Translations under genes and position numbers: made by a program
Shown: positions 50,391-64,000 of the stretch, in pieces
Numbering within the stretch: the stretch's first letter is position 1
Layout of the letters: each line of letters starts with the position of its first letter
From: Paraspadella gotoi
Lineage: Eukaryota > Animalia > Chaetognatha
NCBI GenBank assembly: GCA_051294375.1
Contig: CM119268.1
Span: 4,379,162 to 4,443,161, forward strand
Direction: 5' to 3'
DNA: 64,000 nt
Notes under the pieces: generated by a model
What the model was told of the DNA's origin: nothing
The model's database searches: none
What the model saw: the letters and a program-made list of their open reading frames with translations, nothing else

Positions 50391-50994
50391 TCCTCTCTCT
50401 CTCTCTCTCTCCTATATCAACTCGCGGCCTAAAATTCTCATTTTTTTTCGACGCGTTGTTTACATCGGTCAAAATATTTATCAGTCTTCTTTCCCTCTTC
50501 TTCCAACTCACAACTATTTGCAGCATTCACTCATCGAACTTACCCGCTTATTCTAAGCCCGCCCACCTTCCCCGCCCCCTGTCTGTCCTTCCCGGCTCTC
50601 TTCCGGTAAAGCGCCCATTCCTCTCCAAAATCCCTGAAAGTTATTAATAATCTACAATTTTAACGATAATCTGTCACTAAATTAATAAAAATTGAAGCCA
50701 CTAAACTTTTTCTCATAAATTTAATCCCGATTTAAGATGAAATGGGAGTTTTTGGAAAACAAGGCCCATGACCCCAACCCACCTCAATTTTTTTTTCTCT
50801 CACATCGAATTCCTCATCTTCACACTTTTTTGTCTCAGATTCAACGTTACGGTTTCGTCGCTCCCGTTTTATGAGTTGATGTGGTTTATGGTCCCAGGGG
50901 AGTCGAAGCTTTATGTCGCTTTTATGGTTTACGGGAAGATTGAATATCAAACATCCGTCAGGTCAAAGGAAGGCGCGGTTGAATCGCCGCCAAG
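50140..50994 (+). CDS. Two candidate exons of a fibronectin type III repeat protein
   Basis: ctag|..FPNGGIVS.. (about 50140-50255) and ctcag|..FNVTVSSLPF...YQTSVRSKEGAVESPP|gttgtg (about 50839-50994). These fit FN3 PNG.I, V..L.P...Y and RT.EG.P.SPP patterns if indels are allowed. Confidence 0.45.
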
Positions 50995-51549
50995 GTTGTG
51001 GTTGGTTGTTGTGATTGGTTGTTGTATTGCGTTTCTTGGGGTTTGGTTTGTTGCTTATTTTGTTAATTTCAATATTTATGTCGTTGTATTGTGGTTGTTG
51101 TTTTTATTCTATTATGCCTGTTGCTGTTTGTCATATTTTTGTTTAGTTAGTTTTGTAAACTTAACAATAACGACGCACAACAACATACACTAACGTTACA
51201 AACAACGACCAACGACAAGATCCAGATTGAACTTTCTCACGTTTGATTTTAAAATAAAAAAGAAATCACCGGTGAAAGAGAGATAGCGGAATTGTGAATC
51301 AATGAAGTCAGAAACATCATGCGAGTTTCGCGCGTGATTCGTTTGCGAAACTCGATTAAAAAGTACCTGCTCGTCTCTCTCTCTCTCCTCTCCTATCTCT
51401 CTCTCTCTTCTCTCTCTCTCTCTCTCTCCTCTCTCTCGTCTCTCTTCTCTCTCTCTCTCGTCTCTCGTCTTCGTCTCTCTCACATTTTTTCATTCTCTGT
51501 TAAAGCGCGAAAGTGGAGAATCTTTCTCGTCCTCGTCTCTCCTTTCTCG

Positions 51550-51583
<34 letters not shown>

Positions 51584-53899
51584 ATCTCTCTCATATCTAT
51601 CTCTCTCTCTCTCTCTCTCCTCCACTTCTCTCGTCTCTCTCTATCTTCTCATCTCTCATCTCCTCTCTCGTCTCTCTCTCTCTCTCATCTCTTCCTCTCT
51701 ACTTCTCATCTCTCCTCTCTTCTCTCTCTCTCACTCTCTCACTTTCCTCATCTCGATCTNNNNNNNNNNNNNNNNNNNNNNNNNGTTTCCTTATTTACAT
51801 ATGCGGCGTCATTGTTTGCCGCCACGCTGCCTTCTGCAGCTTCGCTGTCCGTTTCCCGCCGCGGTCGTTGCCGCCCTCCATTGCTTACCATCGCCCTCGC
51901 CGCCGCCGCCTCCGCCGCTGCCACGCCCGCCCCGGCCGCGCCGCCCCAACCGCGACATCATCTCGGTGCTAAAACGTCTTCTTTTTATCGTTTTGAAATC
52001 GGTTCGACTAAGAAAATATCGGCGCCCTTCCTCCCAAGCCTGCTTATCCCCCTCATGGCATCAATCTCGCGGCTCCGGGCGTCGATTCCGATAAATCCGG
52101 CGTCCTTTCAAATCGCGCTTCCGTCGACGTGGTTACGACGCCATTGACGCTGTTTAGTCGCCGAGTATAAACGAACAATTGCCGAATCGTAACAGGAGAT
52201 TATAGAATCTTGTTACCGAAAAATTTACACGAGTGAAAAGTTATTGGGAGAGAGAGAGAGAGAGAGAGATGAGAGAGATTCATGAGATGAGAGAGAGGAG
52301 AGAGAGAGAGATAGAGAGAGAGAGTCTCTATTTTGTCACTGTGGACGCTAAAATCGGCTGGCGCTCCGTGCCTCGCATCAGAGTCAATCAACACATTAGC
52401 GAAAGAGCGGGAGGATTGAATTAGGGACTTAGGAAAGCTTTTGGATGGGGGGGGAAGGGCGGGGAAGGGGAGGGGGGAGGGGGGCAGGGGGAGTGAACCA
52501 GAGGTGGAATGGAGTTAGAGCGAATGATGGAGGATGAATAGCGCGTGGGATAGTTACGTTTTAGTAAGTATTCATAAACTGAGAAAAATTGGCGAAAAAT
52601 TATAATTTGATTTTATCGTTTTTTTTAATTACAAGATGATATTTAAACGGTTGGTAAGGGACGTAAAAGTAAGGTCAGTACAATGTATAAAGAAAAAGAA
52701 TGATGACTTGTAAAACGGTAAAGAGTGATTTAAATGTAAACCATGAGTTTTGGTGACTAAAATAGTTTTTTTTATTTTGACGATATCAATGTAGCAACCT
52801 TCATCCTTTTTCACGAAAGAATTCATGAGAACCCTGTCTATTCTCCAAACTACTTCATTAATCTTCCCAACCTTTTCCCGCGCACGCCGCATTCTCACAC
52901 GCTTTACGCCCGCATTCTCCACGCACGCTCGCGCTAAAACCTCCCGACGTTCGTGCGTCGTTCTCTCTCCGATTTAGAGAAAACAAAAGTTGAGGAGTCG
53001 GAATCGGAGGTCTGCGAAATAGAGAAGCGGAAATCGGCAAACGGAATTTATCAGTGGAAAAACAAGAGAAAAGTGCGAATGAGAGAAGCGAACATGATGT
53101 GGCAAAAGTTAAGAAGCTGGAAATAGAAAAAAAAATGAAATGTGTGTGAAACTAAAGTAAAAAAAAAAATATCTAAATCAGTTTAGACGTAAAAAGGAAA
53201 ATGACTAAACTCGGCTTTAATCTAAACCGGAACTCTCAGACCAAACTGGTTGAAGTCGATAAGATCCATAACATTTCAAGAACAAGAAATTTGGCGTGAA
53301 TTTAATTTTCCTTATTTTCCAGGTTCGTTGATGGGAACCACATCACACCATCCACACCACCCTGTCTGGGGTCGGCCATTTTGCAGCGCCCTCTCCAGAG
53401 CGGAAGGGAGGCAGCGTGAGTGACTAGTGACAGCTTTTCATTGTCTCAGTCTTTTACTCAGTCGTTTTACCGGATTAACCAAAAAAAAGGGATTTGAATG
53501 TCTGTAGTAAATATGAATCCAATTACCCCGCTCATTTTCACTCACTTTTGTAAGTGGCCTCATTCAAAGGTGAGATTTTCCAACGACCAAACGGTTGGAA
53601 CTCTGAAAAGAAATTCGAAAGCAAAAGTTATCTGTGCCGCCAGAGAGAAACGCCTTGGCAAAGTTGCTTTCACCTGACAGAGCGCCAGGTCAGACTGCGT
53701 TTCAGAACAGGAGAGCCAAATGGAGGGAACTCAAGGCAGGCGAGTTTTCTGATTTATGGATATTTAAAATAATACTAAGAGTTTAATTACTGAATAATAA
53801 TAAATTATTCATTTCATTTAATTTTTTTCTCAATTCCTGATTTTTCTCTTCCCTTATTTCCATTTTCCCAGCGAACTCCCTTCAAGCGACCCGTCGCAA

Positions 53900-54300
53900 G
53901 AACAAAGCTCATGCGATCATAGCCCCCGACTCCCTGGAGTATGGGCGCCGACTTTGACAGAGAGCCTGTCGGGGAGAGAGACAGTGAGCTCTCAACGCGG
54001 TCGTTCGCGCCATCTTTCGATAGAGGAAGGCAGGAGGACGAGGTAGAGGAAGACGTCGAAGTCGACGTCTCGAGATAGCGGCGTCACAGAGGAGGCGTTC
54101 GGTGTTGTCGGCGGCATCGACGGGTCTCCCCTCTGGCGACGCCTCAGCTCCAATCCTCACCTTCATCATCTCATCCTCAGTCTTCTCGTTTCCTCGATTG
54201 ACCTCGTCGAACGGCTGGAGCGCGATGTCTCGGGGGCGGCGGGGGGCGTGTCGACCCCACGGATTACGGTCTCGGCGGGATGGAGAACGGCGCGGGGTGA
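53900..54300 (-). CDS. Possible iGluR-type amino-terminal-domain exon (GluN2/GluN3-like?), frameshifted
   Basis: GC-rich island. Across frames: ETVI.GV.TP...DIALQPFDEVNRGNE...TERLLCDA..SRDVDFDVFLYLVL...PILQGVGGY, loosely similar to GluN2 TRICDLMS...VVF...TPILGIHGG. Confidence 0.3.
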
Positions 54301-56941
54301 GCTGATGGGATTATCTGATCTACGATTCGTTGTATAAAAATAGAGAGCCTTCGTTAAGAAGTCGAATGCGTTGTTTACATCTACACAAGTTTCACAATAC
54401 GTCTTTCGTTTCTCCCTTTAAGGTCCGCGCCACCTCACGCCTGCCCGAACCTTGCCCGGCGACGCCCGATTCCAGCCTCTGACGTCACTTCCGTCCCACA
54501 TGCAGCGCCTTCCGCGCGGAATCCCGGATTTCGCTGAGCGCGAGCGTCAAGGGAAACGCGTGCGTATGTGTTGATGGCGGTGGTGTCGATGTTTGCCTAA
54601 CGAGCAGGGGCTAACAGGGTTATCGAAGAAAAAGTTTTTAGTAATCAAAAAATTATTATTTAATCCATGTGCATCTTTAAAGCCCGATTTGATATTTAAA
54701 TAGTGTCCACTTAAAAAATGTACACGCTATAGTTATTTTTCCCCATTTGTATATTTGCTTGCATCGTATTTTAATCGCCGGATTTTTTGATTATATTTTG
54801 TTTATAATAAATTAATATAAACGAAATATCATCGTCACCGCTTTTTGTTTATATTGTTATTGAGTCACGACCAGATTAAGATAACAAGAGATAACTCTAC
54901 CAGATCTTAGGCATACCAAATGACCGCTTCAAATCTTCATAGCCGTGCCGCTCCTACGCTCCGAGCGCCGCTCCACTTTCCTCGCCAGCGCCGCACCAAC
55001 TTCCGGCAGTCCATCGCAAAATATGGCACAGCAGACTCATCCTTTTTGAAGACTCGGTTTGGTGGTCTTCATTTTTCGTCTTAACAAAAAATAATAGCAA
55101 TAAAAGCGTTTGCTTTCGTTGTCTTTTTCTTGGCACTTGACGCCTTCCGTTTTTCTTAAGCCTTTTCCTCTTTTACTCTTTTTTTCAAAAGTAAAATATA
55201 AGGGAAATGCGGGATAAGAGTAGCGCCTTCCCTTTGTCTCGATAAGGCGGCCACCGTTACGCTTCAGAAAAGTTTACGCCTCAATGAAAATTATTTTCTT
55301 TCATACTTTCCTTTAATTTTTTAGTGATAACAGAAGAACTCCATTGTTTTATAAAAAAAAAACTTCCGTCTGGCATCCAATATGTGCCTACGTATTTCTT
55401 ATATAGCAGAATATTACAAACCTCGATTCAACTTTTTTTACGTAACTTATTTAACGCTGGAAGCCTTTTTTTTAATATTAATTAATAAATTAATTAATTA
55501 CTTGTTATTACCGTAAGGTTATTTTTAATTAACTTTATTCTATTTATTCTATTATTTACAGTGTTTAACTTCTCTTTATGTAAATCTTATTTTTCTTGGA
55601 TTTCCTCTCGATTTCTCTTTTTCTTTTCCTTTTTTTTCTTGACTTCTCTTTCCGCCGCAACAATTTTCTTGCAACATATCGAAAGATTATTTAGTTTGTT
55701 TAGTGATCGTAAGCAAAGAGAGCAATGAAGGGCATTAAAAGGATGACGACGGCTTTCAAAGTGTTTTGTCTTTTCTTTGAAGATGTAGAGGAGAGAGAGA
55801 GAGGAAAACGAGAGAGAGAGAGAGAGAATGCAAAAATATTAAAGAGAGAGAGAGGAAGCCGGTGAGAGAGAGGCGAGAGGACGGATCGAGCCGAATTCTT
55901 GTCTATCAGTGTCCCTTTGCGTCCTCAATGCTCCGTTATTAAATAGCGTATTGGGGCCCAAAACATTTTTTTGGGACAAGGACTAAAGCTTAAATATGAT
56001 ACAAATAAAATCATTAATAATAATTAGAACTTAATTTATAAACTAATTAATATACTTAAATATAAAACAACAACTTTTATTTTATAAATACAATTAAAGA
56101 GAAATACATTGTGTTTCGACTTCCTTACGTAGCGTTAAGAATTTAAGAGAAAACAGAGTTTTTATTGTTGCCAACAACAATTTCTTTAAATAAAAAATGG
56201 ACATGTTTCGATTCTTTAGTTTTTCTGAGTCTTCATCAGCACGTTTTGCGAGGATCGAAAATCAAACAGTCGAAACGATGTCCCGTTTATTTTGATTAAA
56301 AAAAATTTGTTTGTTTTGGCATTTAAATAAATTAAAAAAATATATAAAATAAACAGAAATTTAAGATTTCATGATCCAAAAAAATATAATGAATACAAAT
56401 AAATTTAATCCAATGCTACTTGGTATTTATCTCGTATTTTTTCTCCCCCGCTCGTTTTCTTCTAACCCCCCCCAAAAAAAATAACTATTTTTCCTCATTA
56501 CCTCCATAAATTTCCATTCGTCTCTTCCTCCTTTCTTCCTCTTCTCAAAACTTCCAGAGACCTAAAAGCCCTCTGGACCCCCCACCTTCAAAAAAAAAAT
56601 GTCAATTTTTCTCTCTGCATATTTTGGATCTCCTCATCCATTCGCTTCTCCTCCCCTCGCTCTCTTTTTCCTCCCTCTCTCCCCTCCATCTTCTTATATC
56701 TTTCGGTCTCTCATTCGCAGTTTTTTAGCGCTTAAAGTTTCCCCTCCCTCTTCTTCTCACTCCTCTTCGCTCTTCCCTCCTATTTCTCTCCTCCTTCTCT
56801 TCTTCTTTCTCATCCTGTTTTCTGAAACCAAAAAAAAAAAAAAAATTGCAAAATGATTTTCTCAATTTCTTTCGGTTTTCCGTTACAAAAACAGAATGGT
56901 CTCGTCTTCTGCTCTCTTCTTTGTTCTTCTTTTTTTTTTCT

Positions 56942-57004
<63 letters not shown>

Positions 57005-57336
57005 CCCGTTGTGCGATATTTCCCCGGGCAAGAAATTACAATTAAAATCCGTGCATAATCTCGGAACTGGAGGCTGGAATTGAAATGAGCGAGTAAAAGA
57101 GAGTGGAGTGGCAAGCCGATAAGTATCAGCGAGATGAAGAAGTAAATTGAATGCAAATGGAAGTTGATAATGATAGTAGCCATTAATGATATGCTACCGA
57201 TCCGTGACTGGATCGACATGATAATTAAGGACATTTTGATCTATTAAACATGAATCTACTACTACCAATCCAACGAATTTAATACCATAAAGTTGTCTGA
57301 ATGTAATAATGCAAAAGTACCTCAGTCAATAAATCT

Positions 57337-57367
<31 letters not shown>

Positions 57368-57376
57368 TCTTTTCTC

Positions 57377-57411
<35 letters not shown>

Positions 57412-59049
57412 CATTTCTCCCCCCACTCTCGTCTGCCATCTTTTTCCCCGCCAAGGATCGACGGCCTATTTACAGAGGCTGAAGGAGAGATGAACTTTTT
57501 TTTTCTCCGTTCCTGCGGTCTTATCCGATCGAGTCTTGAAGCCGATTCCGGAGTTCAACAGCCAGGAAACAGGATTTGAAAAAGAATTCGATTCCTTTTC
57601 GAACCGACGGCGGAAGGATATAAAAAAGGAGACGACGACCGACGACGACGACGATCTCGTACGACAACGACGGACGGATGAAAAGCGAAATCGTCGATTC
57701 GCGATCGACAGAGAGACAAAAAAAAAAGATAATCGGTGATGGATTTACACCGACGACACGCGTTTTAAGGCATTGTGCGCGTTGATTTTTGGCACGACCG
57801 TCTCGCTTTTGGGACGACCGTTCGTTCTAAGGCCGTGCGGTACTTTTGACGACCGTCGTCGTGCATTTCGAGAAATAGGATTACGGGATCTACTTTTTGG
57901 GGGCTATAAAGTCTTAAAATATCCTTGTTCTGTCTGTTTTATTTCAGTTTCCTTATTCCATATCCTGCAAACTGAAAAAAAAAAAAATCAAGTTATTATC
58001 AGCTCCTTTATTTTGAGCTAGTGCGGAGTACATAAGTATTGCCCGCGATCTAATATCTTAAGGGAGTGTTCTTTTCATACAATTGAAACATTCTTTGAAA
58101 TATTTTCCCTTCATTGATAGGGAAGCCACGGTACTCTGGGAGTGAATAAACGGGACTGTGAGAGAGTTTGATTGAAAAGCTTGCAGGCGACCTGCTTGTC
58201 TTATCTCTGTATAAGAGTGATGGAGGCCTTAATACACCAAAGCCTGTCCAAAGTCAGGGGACAAGATAGCTTATTTATTAAGATGAATGGATAATTTTTA
58301 TATTGGTCTGTACAATTTCATGAAATACATTTTACCGTCTTGGCGAAAAAAAATTGAAATATAACGGTGGAGGATGAGGAGAAAAGGAGGAAGACGGAAG
58401 AGGAAAAGGAGGAGAAGAGGAGAGATGAGGAGCCGGCTTTTGGGAGAGGCGGAAGAAAAGTCGACGTGGGATGAAAGGAAGCAGGAAGAGGGAGGAGGAA
58501 ACGCTGAGTCGTGTGAAGGACGGTGTTTCGAGGTTAAAAAGATTGCGGATGTCGTCCAAGTAAATTGTTAAGGCGCGATTCCATTCCAATATATTCCGTC
58601 TCACGATGTAAGGCTTTTTTTTTTTCCCTCTTTTCTCTTCCTCTCTTTTTCTCCTCCTCCTCTCACCTCTTTTCTGACGTTCACTCCCTCTCCTCTTCTT
58701 CCTCCAACTCAAACTTCTGTCGCTGCCTAAAAAAAAATACCTTTTGATCTTTTGTTGTATTCGATATTAGTTGTTTGATTTTTTTCCTTTCCGTTAGGTT
58801 TTGGTTAATGGTTATTAAAGCAGACAGACAAGAGAAAAAAGATGAAAAGGAAGAAAAGTAAGAAAATAAAGAAAGAAAGAGAAAAAAAGATTAAAATAAC
58901 GAAAGAAAGAAAATAAAGGAAGAAAGAAAGAAGAAGAAAGAAAGAAGAAAGAAAAAAGAAAGAAAAAGAAAAGAAAGAAAGATCAAGAAAAGAAAGAAAG
59001 AAAGAAAGAAAGACAGAAAAAGAGAGAGAGACGAAAACGTATTTGATTT

Positions 59050-61985
59050 CTTCAGCGACAATGCCATCGCATGTTACGAGTTAATTTCAGCATTTAAGGA
59101 GTCAAGAAAAATTAAAAAGAAAATAAACTCGTATCTCGAGATTTTCGTTACTAGTTTTGATTCCCATAAAAGAAATTGAAAGAACTCTACCGGATTCCAT
59201 CCGATTCCGTCTTGGAGATCAAGAAATGTTCCAGCTTTCGTCCGTCGTGTCGATTTAGGGAAACAGATTCAACAACTGAAGTTCATCTTCTTCTCTGATT
59301 CATCGAATTTCGTCTTAGAATTTTCTTTGTTATTGCTCACGGACCCAAAAACATTGTTGGGTGCCGTCGGTTGGATCGAGTACAAATAATAAATTCGAAC
59401 GTTTTAATCGTCAATATCTTATGATCTTATTTCGTTGATGCTCTCCGGTTTTATGTGGTGTATATTATCTATGATATTTAACTTACCCACGACGACAAAA
59501 AATTAAGGGATATGAGAATATCAGCAATCAGCATTCAATTTCAATGTCTTCGACGCCATGATTCGCCACAATGGCCGCCACACACCAATCTCTCTTCGTC
59601 CTCCCCGCCCATCGCTCCTTCGCGCCCGCCGTGGCTCCGAGTCTCTCGGCGTCTCATAACTCTGGGGTGCGCCGGACCCTGCGTACGTGGTTGGGCTGGA
59701 GGCGTGGTCGCCGGGCGCGCGATGTGGTCGTGGCTCGGCCGTGAGTTGGGACCACTATCGCCGTTAGATGACGTCGACGTGACGGTGATATCTCGGCCGA
59801 CGGCTAGTTATTTCATTATTCATCTTTTGTTCTTTTGTTATATTTTCGTGGAGGAGTGGTGAAGAGGGAAGAGGATGGAGGTAATGGCGGATTGGAGGAA
59901 GTCATTGTACAGAGGTGTATGGAAAAGGGATAAATATATATAATTGTTATATAAATATATATACATAAAAAAGGAGAAACTGCCGAAATTTTAAGATAAA
60001 ATGATACGGGCCAAAACAGTCGCCAAGTACTTATGTATTCCAGATCATTTTTGGTCTCCATATCTTTTATTTACACAAAGGATTTTTCCTCCGCCATCAG
60101 CGAATCCATTCCCTCATTTTTCCGCAGGTGTCGGCACCGATTTCGCACGCATGAAGTGTTGTCGCGGGTTTGCAGGAGGTCGAGATTCCTCCATCGAGCA
60201 GATGGCGCTACGGATTCCCGTCATTGGAGCAAATCCAGTTCAGGTCTTTGTTTTTTGCTCAAATACATCTGTCGGTCTGTCTGTCCTAAGAATGGCTCGG
60301 TTTTCATCAAAAGCCTTCCGCCCCAATCAGGTCGTTCGCGTCTTCCGGATCTCCTCAGCTTACAAAAACTCGGCCTCCGCCCCGGCGACGTCGTCTCTCT
60401 GTTAACGGACGCCGCGTCTCCGCAGCCGAGATGCTGGGAGCTGCTGGTAAGGCCGCTGGTCCCTGCAGCTGGATGGTATTGCGGCCGGATCAGCCGCCGA
60501 AGCAATCGACCGCCAACGCCGCCGTCCGCTTTGAGCGGCGCGGATCGCCCGGTCTTTCGGCGCCTCGGGTGGTGATATGGTGGAGGACGTCCGACAAGCA
60601 TCGCGCCGTGCTTGAGGACTTTAAGGAGATACTGCGGAATCCGCAGGTAATAACATTAATAAACAGTATAGTTTTATATAATTAGTTATCGTTCCATTTT
60701 CAGGGACGTCCATTCTGGGTGACCCAATCCTGAACCTCTGTTGACCAGCCCCCAATGCAACGACATGTCATCATCGTATCCGGCCCTTATCCCCAAGCAT
60801 CAATTGGGGCGCATTCCGACGAAGGAACTCAATTGGTTCGAAGAAGAGAGGGAAGAAATCAGGCCTGGAAGGTCCACCACATTTCCTTTTTTTTAAATTT
60901 CTTTATTCTCAGGAAACTGGTTAAAAAAGAAATAAAAGCATTAATCATTACAGATCCCTAACAACGTCAACCGATTCGCCGGACCTTCCTCCAGGCAGCT
61001 TCATACCGCTACTTACCTCTTAAATCCATCAACGCCAATCCGCAACGACGCAACAACGTCGATGATTCAGAACGCCTCGCGTCATCGAACGATTGGCAGC
61101 GGCGTGCGGCGGGCGCGCGGCGGGGCGGCGGCGGCTCGTCAGCGGTGTGAACGAAACCGACGAACGCACGAATGGGTTTGTTTCGTCATCCGAGGAGTCC
61201 AACCCGAGCGGTGGACGGCAGCTCGAGGTCGACGGCGCTGCCGTATCGCTGCCGCGTCTCGCCTTTCGGCGGACGCCCATCATTGAAAAAATCAACGGGA
61301 TCGACGTGCGACTAGGCGTTCTGCACACGCACGTCGTCAAGCTGCTTGCATGGGTTCGGGAACGTCGCGACGCTGCTGGTGTCGCGTGGGGTGGAGGGGA
61401 GGAGGAAGCGGAGATGGTTTTTGGGGGGATTGGTTCGATTCCTCCTTTGGGTTGCCGAGCGGCGGCGCGCTTTTCTCGGAGAGTGGGCGAAAATCGACGT
61501 GATAGGGTTTATTTTGAAGAAGAAGGTGTTGTTTGTTGGTTGGTATGAGGGAACGAGGGTCAAAAGTTTGACAATGTATATAATTCTTAAAATGATGCTC
61601 TGTAATAAGGGAAGCAAAATGCCAGCCCAAGTTTTGGTTGTTTGGGCGTTGTTTTGTTGAAACTTGAATTTTGTCAGCCGACTCATTTCCACTTCCATCC
61701 CCATTCAGGTCGTAAAAATCTAGCGATCTCGGATCCTCCATCAAGACCCCCTTCATTGAAAGACGGATCCAAATCAGAAGCTGAGCTTTCGAGAATTCAG
61801 CCTTGGACCGCTTCAACCCGGTGTGGAACATTCTTATCTTGGCCAATGCGGTACTTCAAAAGAAGATCGAGTATCACTTGACCAAAAAGTAGATCAAATC
61901 AAACCTGCGCAGAATCCTCGAAGGATTATCGTCGACGATCGAAGAACGTCGCCGCCTCGCGGACCGCTCGTCGACCTGCTGGAAC
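59050..61985 (+). CDS. Multi-PDZ scaffold gene, delphilin (GRID2IP)/harmonin-family-like; multi-exon and frameshifted in this assembly
   Basis: Reading across indels: PDZ-like PAYVVGLE...LDDVDVT (about 59660-59790); PDZ LGFS..RPNQVVRVF..SSAY-KLGLRPGDVV-SVNG (60292-60410); helical DKHRAVLEDFKEILRNPQ|gt..ag|GRPFWV...ALIPKHQ (57-nt intron 60647-60703; harmonin-N-like); PDZ FVIRG...EVDGAA...IEKINGIDVR...HTHVVKLL (61170-61350). Confidence 0.65.
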
Positions 61986-62167
61986 AACCCGAAACGCCCA
62001 GCGCACCCCTCTGCTTTTATTTTTTATTTCTCGATTATTTTTTTTTTTTTTCGGACGATTATTTTTTATTTTTTTTTTTGTGTTTTTTTTTTTTATTTCT
62101 GTATTTTGCTTGTTTAAATCTCTTCTTTTTTTTTCATTCATTATATTTTTTTTTCTCTGTATTTAAA

Positions 62168-64000
62168 CTCAAATTTCACTGGTAACGTTTCCACTTGAAA
62201 AACTTTATATTCAAGCTCGTCACACATTTTCCATACCCACACACAAAATTTCAACCAATCTAACATCCAATTATGATTAATTAGAGAAATTTATTGGTTA
62301 AAATAAGTAAAAAAGATTTATAGTAAATTCGACTTATAGTTTTTCCATTTTAAATCTAATTTCCACTCACACGATTCCATCGAAACTTTATATCCAGCTT
62401 TATCACACCACTTTTCACTAACTACACACACAAAATTTATTTCCAATCCAACCAGCCAATCACGAAGTTATGGAGCTTTTTGCTAAGATTAGACGGATGG
62501 ACGGATTGATTGACTAATTAATTAATTATTTGATTAATTTATTTACTATTGATTAATTAACTGATTAATTATTTGATTTATTAATACATTCCTGCATATA
62601 CATTTAATTATAAAACGGAAAAAAAGCATAATTAATTAGTAAAACAGGTTTTTGTTTTTTTTTCATTTAAACTCATTTCCACTCAAACTATTCCATCGAA
62701 ACTTGATTTCCCTGTTCAATCCACCACTCCTACCCACATACAAATTCCAGGTCAATCACCGCATCACACTCATGAGCAATTGGTGTTCAAATAGTGGAAT
62801 ATTTTTTTTTGTTTTTTCCATTAAATCATTTTCCAAACTCGGACGATTCATCGAAACTTCATATCCAGCACTCAATCACACAGCTTACGCTATCGCTCAC
62901 ATCAAAAATTTCATTTAAAATTCCACTCGCATCCAATCACGAGTAATTGGTGTTTTTGTCTAAGGGTGGGACGGACGGAGGACGGACGGACATAGACAGA
63001 CGGACGGACGGAACATTCATTTTTTTTTGCATAATTTATCATAATTCATGTTCTGAACATGATATAAGTGTGTGCCCGACAATATTGAGGGGCGGGACCG
63101 AACGGACCGAAAAATGAGTTATAAGAGGTCGGGATCTGCTGATAAGCAGATCCGACTAATTAAATAGACAAACGAATAGACGTAATTTCTAGCAAATCTC
63201 GAAACGTTCCCAAAAAGAAAAAAAAAAGGGTAGGCAAAAAAGATAAAAAGGAAAAAAATATGTAAAAAAGATAAGAAACTTTTTTTTCCGCGCTTTATGT
63301 CACAGCACCCAAATAATTATGTGAGAGGGGGAAAAAAAAGAGAAAAGGAAAAAGGCATTTCCCAAAACTCCTGGAATAAAATTAGCCTCATATGATTAAT
63401 CGAGCTTGGATTAAGGGGGAGCGAGTGTTTGGAATGACATGATGGACGCGATAAATTTTAAGGAGGGAAAATGATTAATAAATAAAGTGATTTAAGTGAG
63501 TGATGAACGTTTTCTGACAATTTTGAGAACAGGGATCAGGAGAGTTCTTCAGGCTGAAAATACTTTTCTTTTGATTGTTAATGGAATACTAAGCAATAGT
63601 ATCTTACGAACCTTTATTCATTTAACTTGTTCTTTAAAAATTCGTAGATTTTTATAAGATTTTGGGCATTTTGTTTACTAGACATTTTTGCTTTTTTCAG
63701 TGAGTGTAAATTTTAGAACAATTTTTTTTCCCTACAAAAAGAAATTTATGTAAGAACAAAATCTAAAAAAATGTATCCTTATAAAGAACTCTTTATAAAA
63801 CAAAAAAATTAGATTTATATGACCTTTCGTTTATTTTTTTATGAAAATGGAGATTTATAAATTTATTTGTTCTTTTTTTTTTATAACGAGAACGGTAAAT
63901 TCAAAGGTTTGACAGTGACAGTGACTGCCTATCACGTGTATGTTCTCGGACAATAACATGATATACATGACGTCACATGATCTACCTGACAAACAATAAC
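62168..64000 (+). repeat. Third, partial copy matching about 47277-49100
   Basis: Colinear from cactggtaacgttt through the HINE end hairpin to acatgacgtcacatgatctacctga. Confidence 0.92.

Overview
Repeat-rich animal (invertebrate-type) genomic DNA from a gapped assembly. Five gaps are exactly 25 N long and are flanked by indel-rich sequence that looks like unpolished long-read fill. Main content: (1) five minus-strand exons of an NMDA receptor subunit 1 (GRIN1/NR1) amino-terminal domain (1085-23241), plus a noisy inverted copy of three exons at about 6930-8620. (2) A multi-exon plus-strand globin nested in one NR1 intron (14537-17530), with a probable N-terminal MGCxxS acylation signal, CD1 Phe, F8 His, an apparent Met at distal E7 and unusual introns. 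(3) A frameshifted BEL/Pao LTR retrotransposon (about 36717-42250, minus). (4) Several Helentron-associated (HINE/DINE-1-like) elements. (5) A roughly 4.3-kb segment present twice, with reciprocal TE presence/absence, and partly a third time. (6) Candidate FN3 exons, a possible second iGluR-like ATD exon, and a multi-PDZ, delphilin-like gene at about 59.0-62.0 kb. Most ORFs in the supplied track are microsatellite or N-run artefacts. All assignments come from manual translation and motif recognition; no searches were run.
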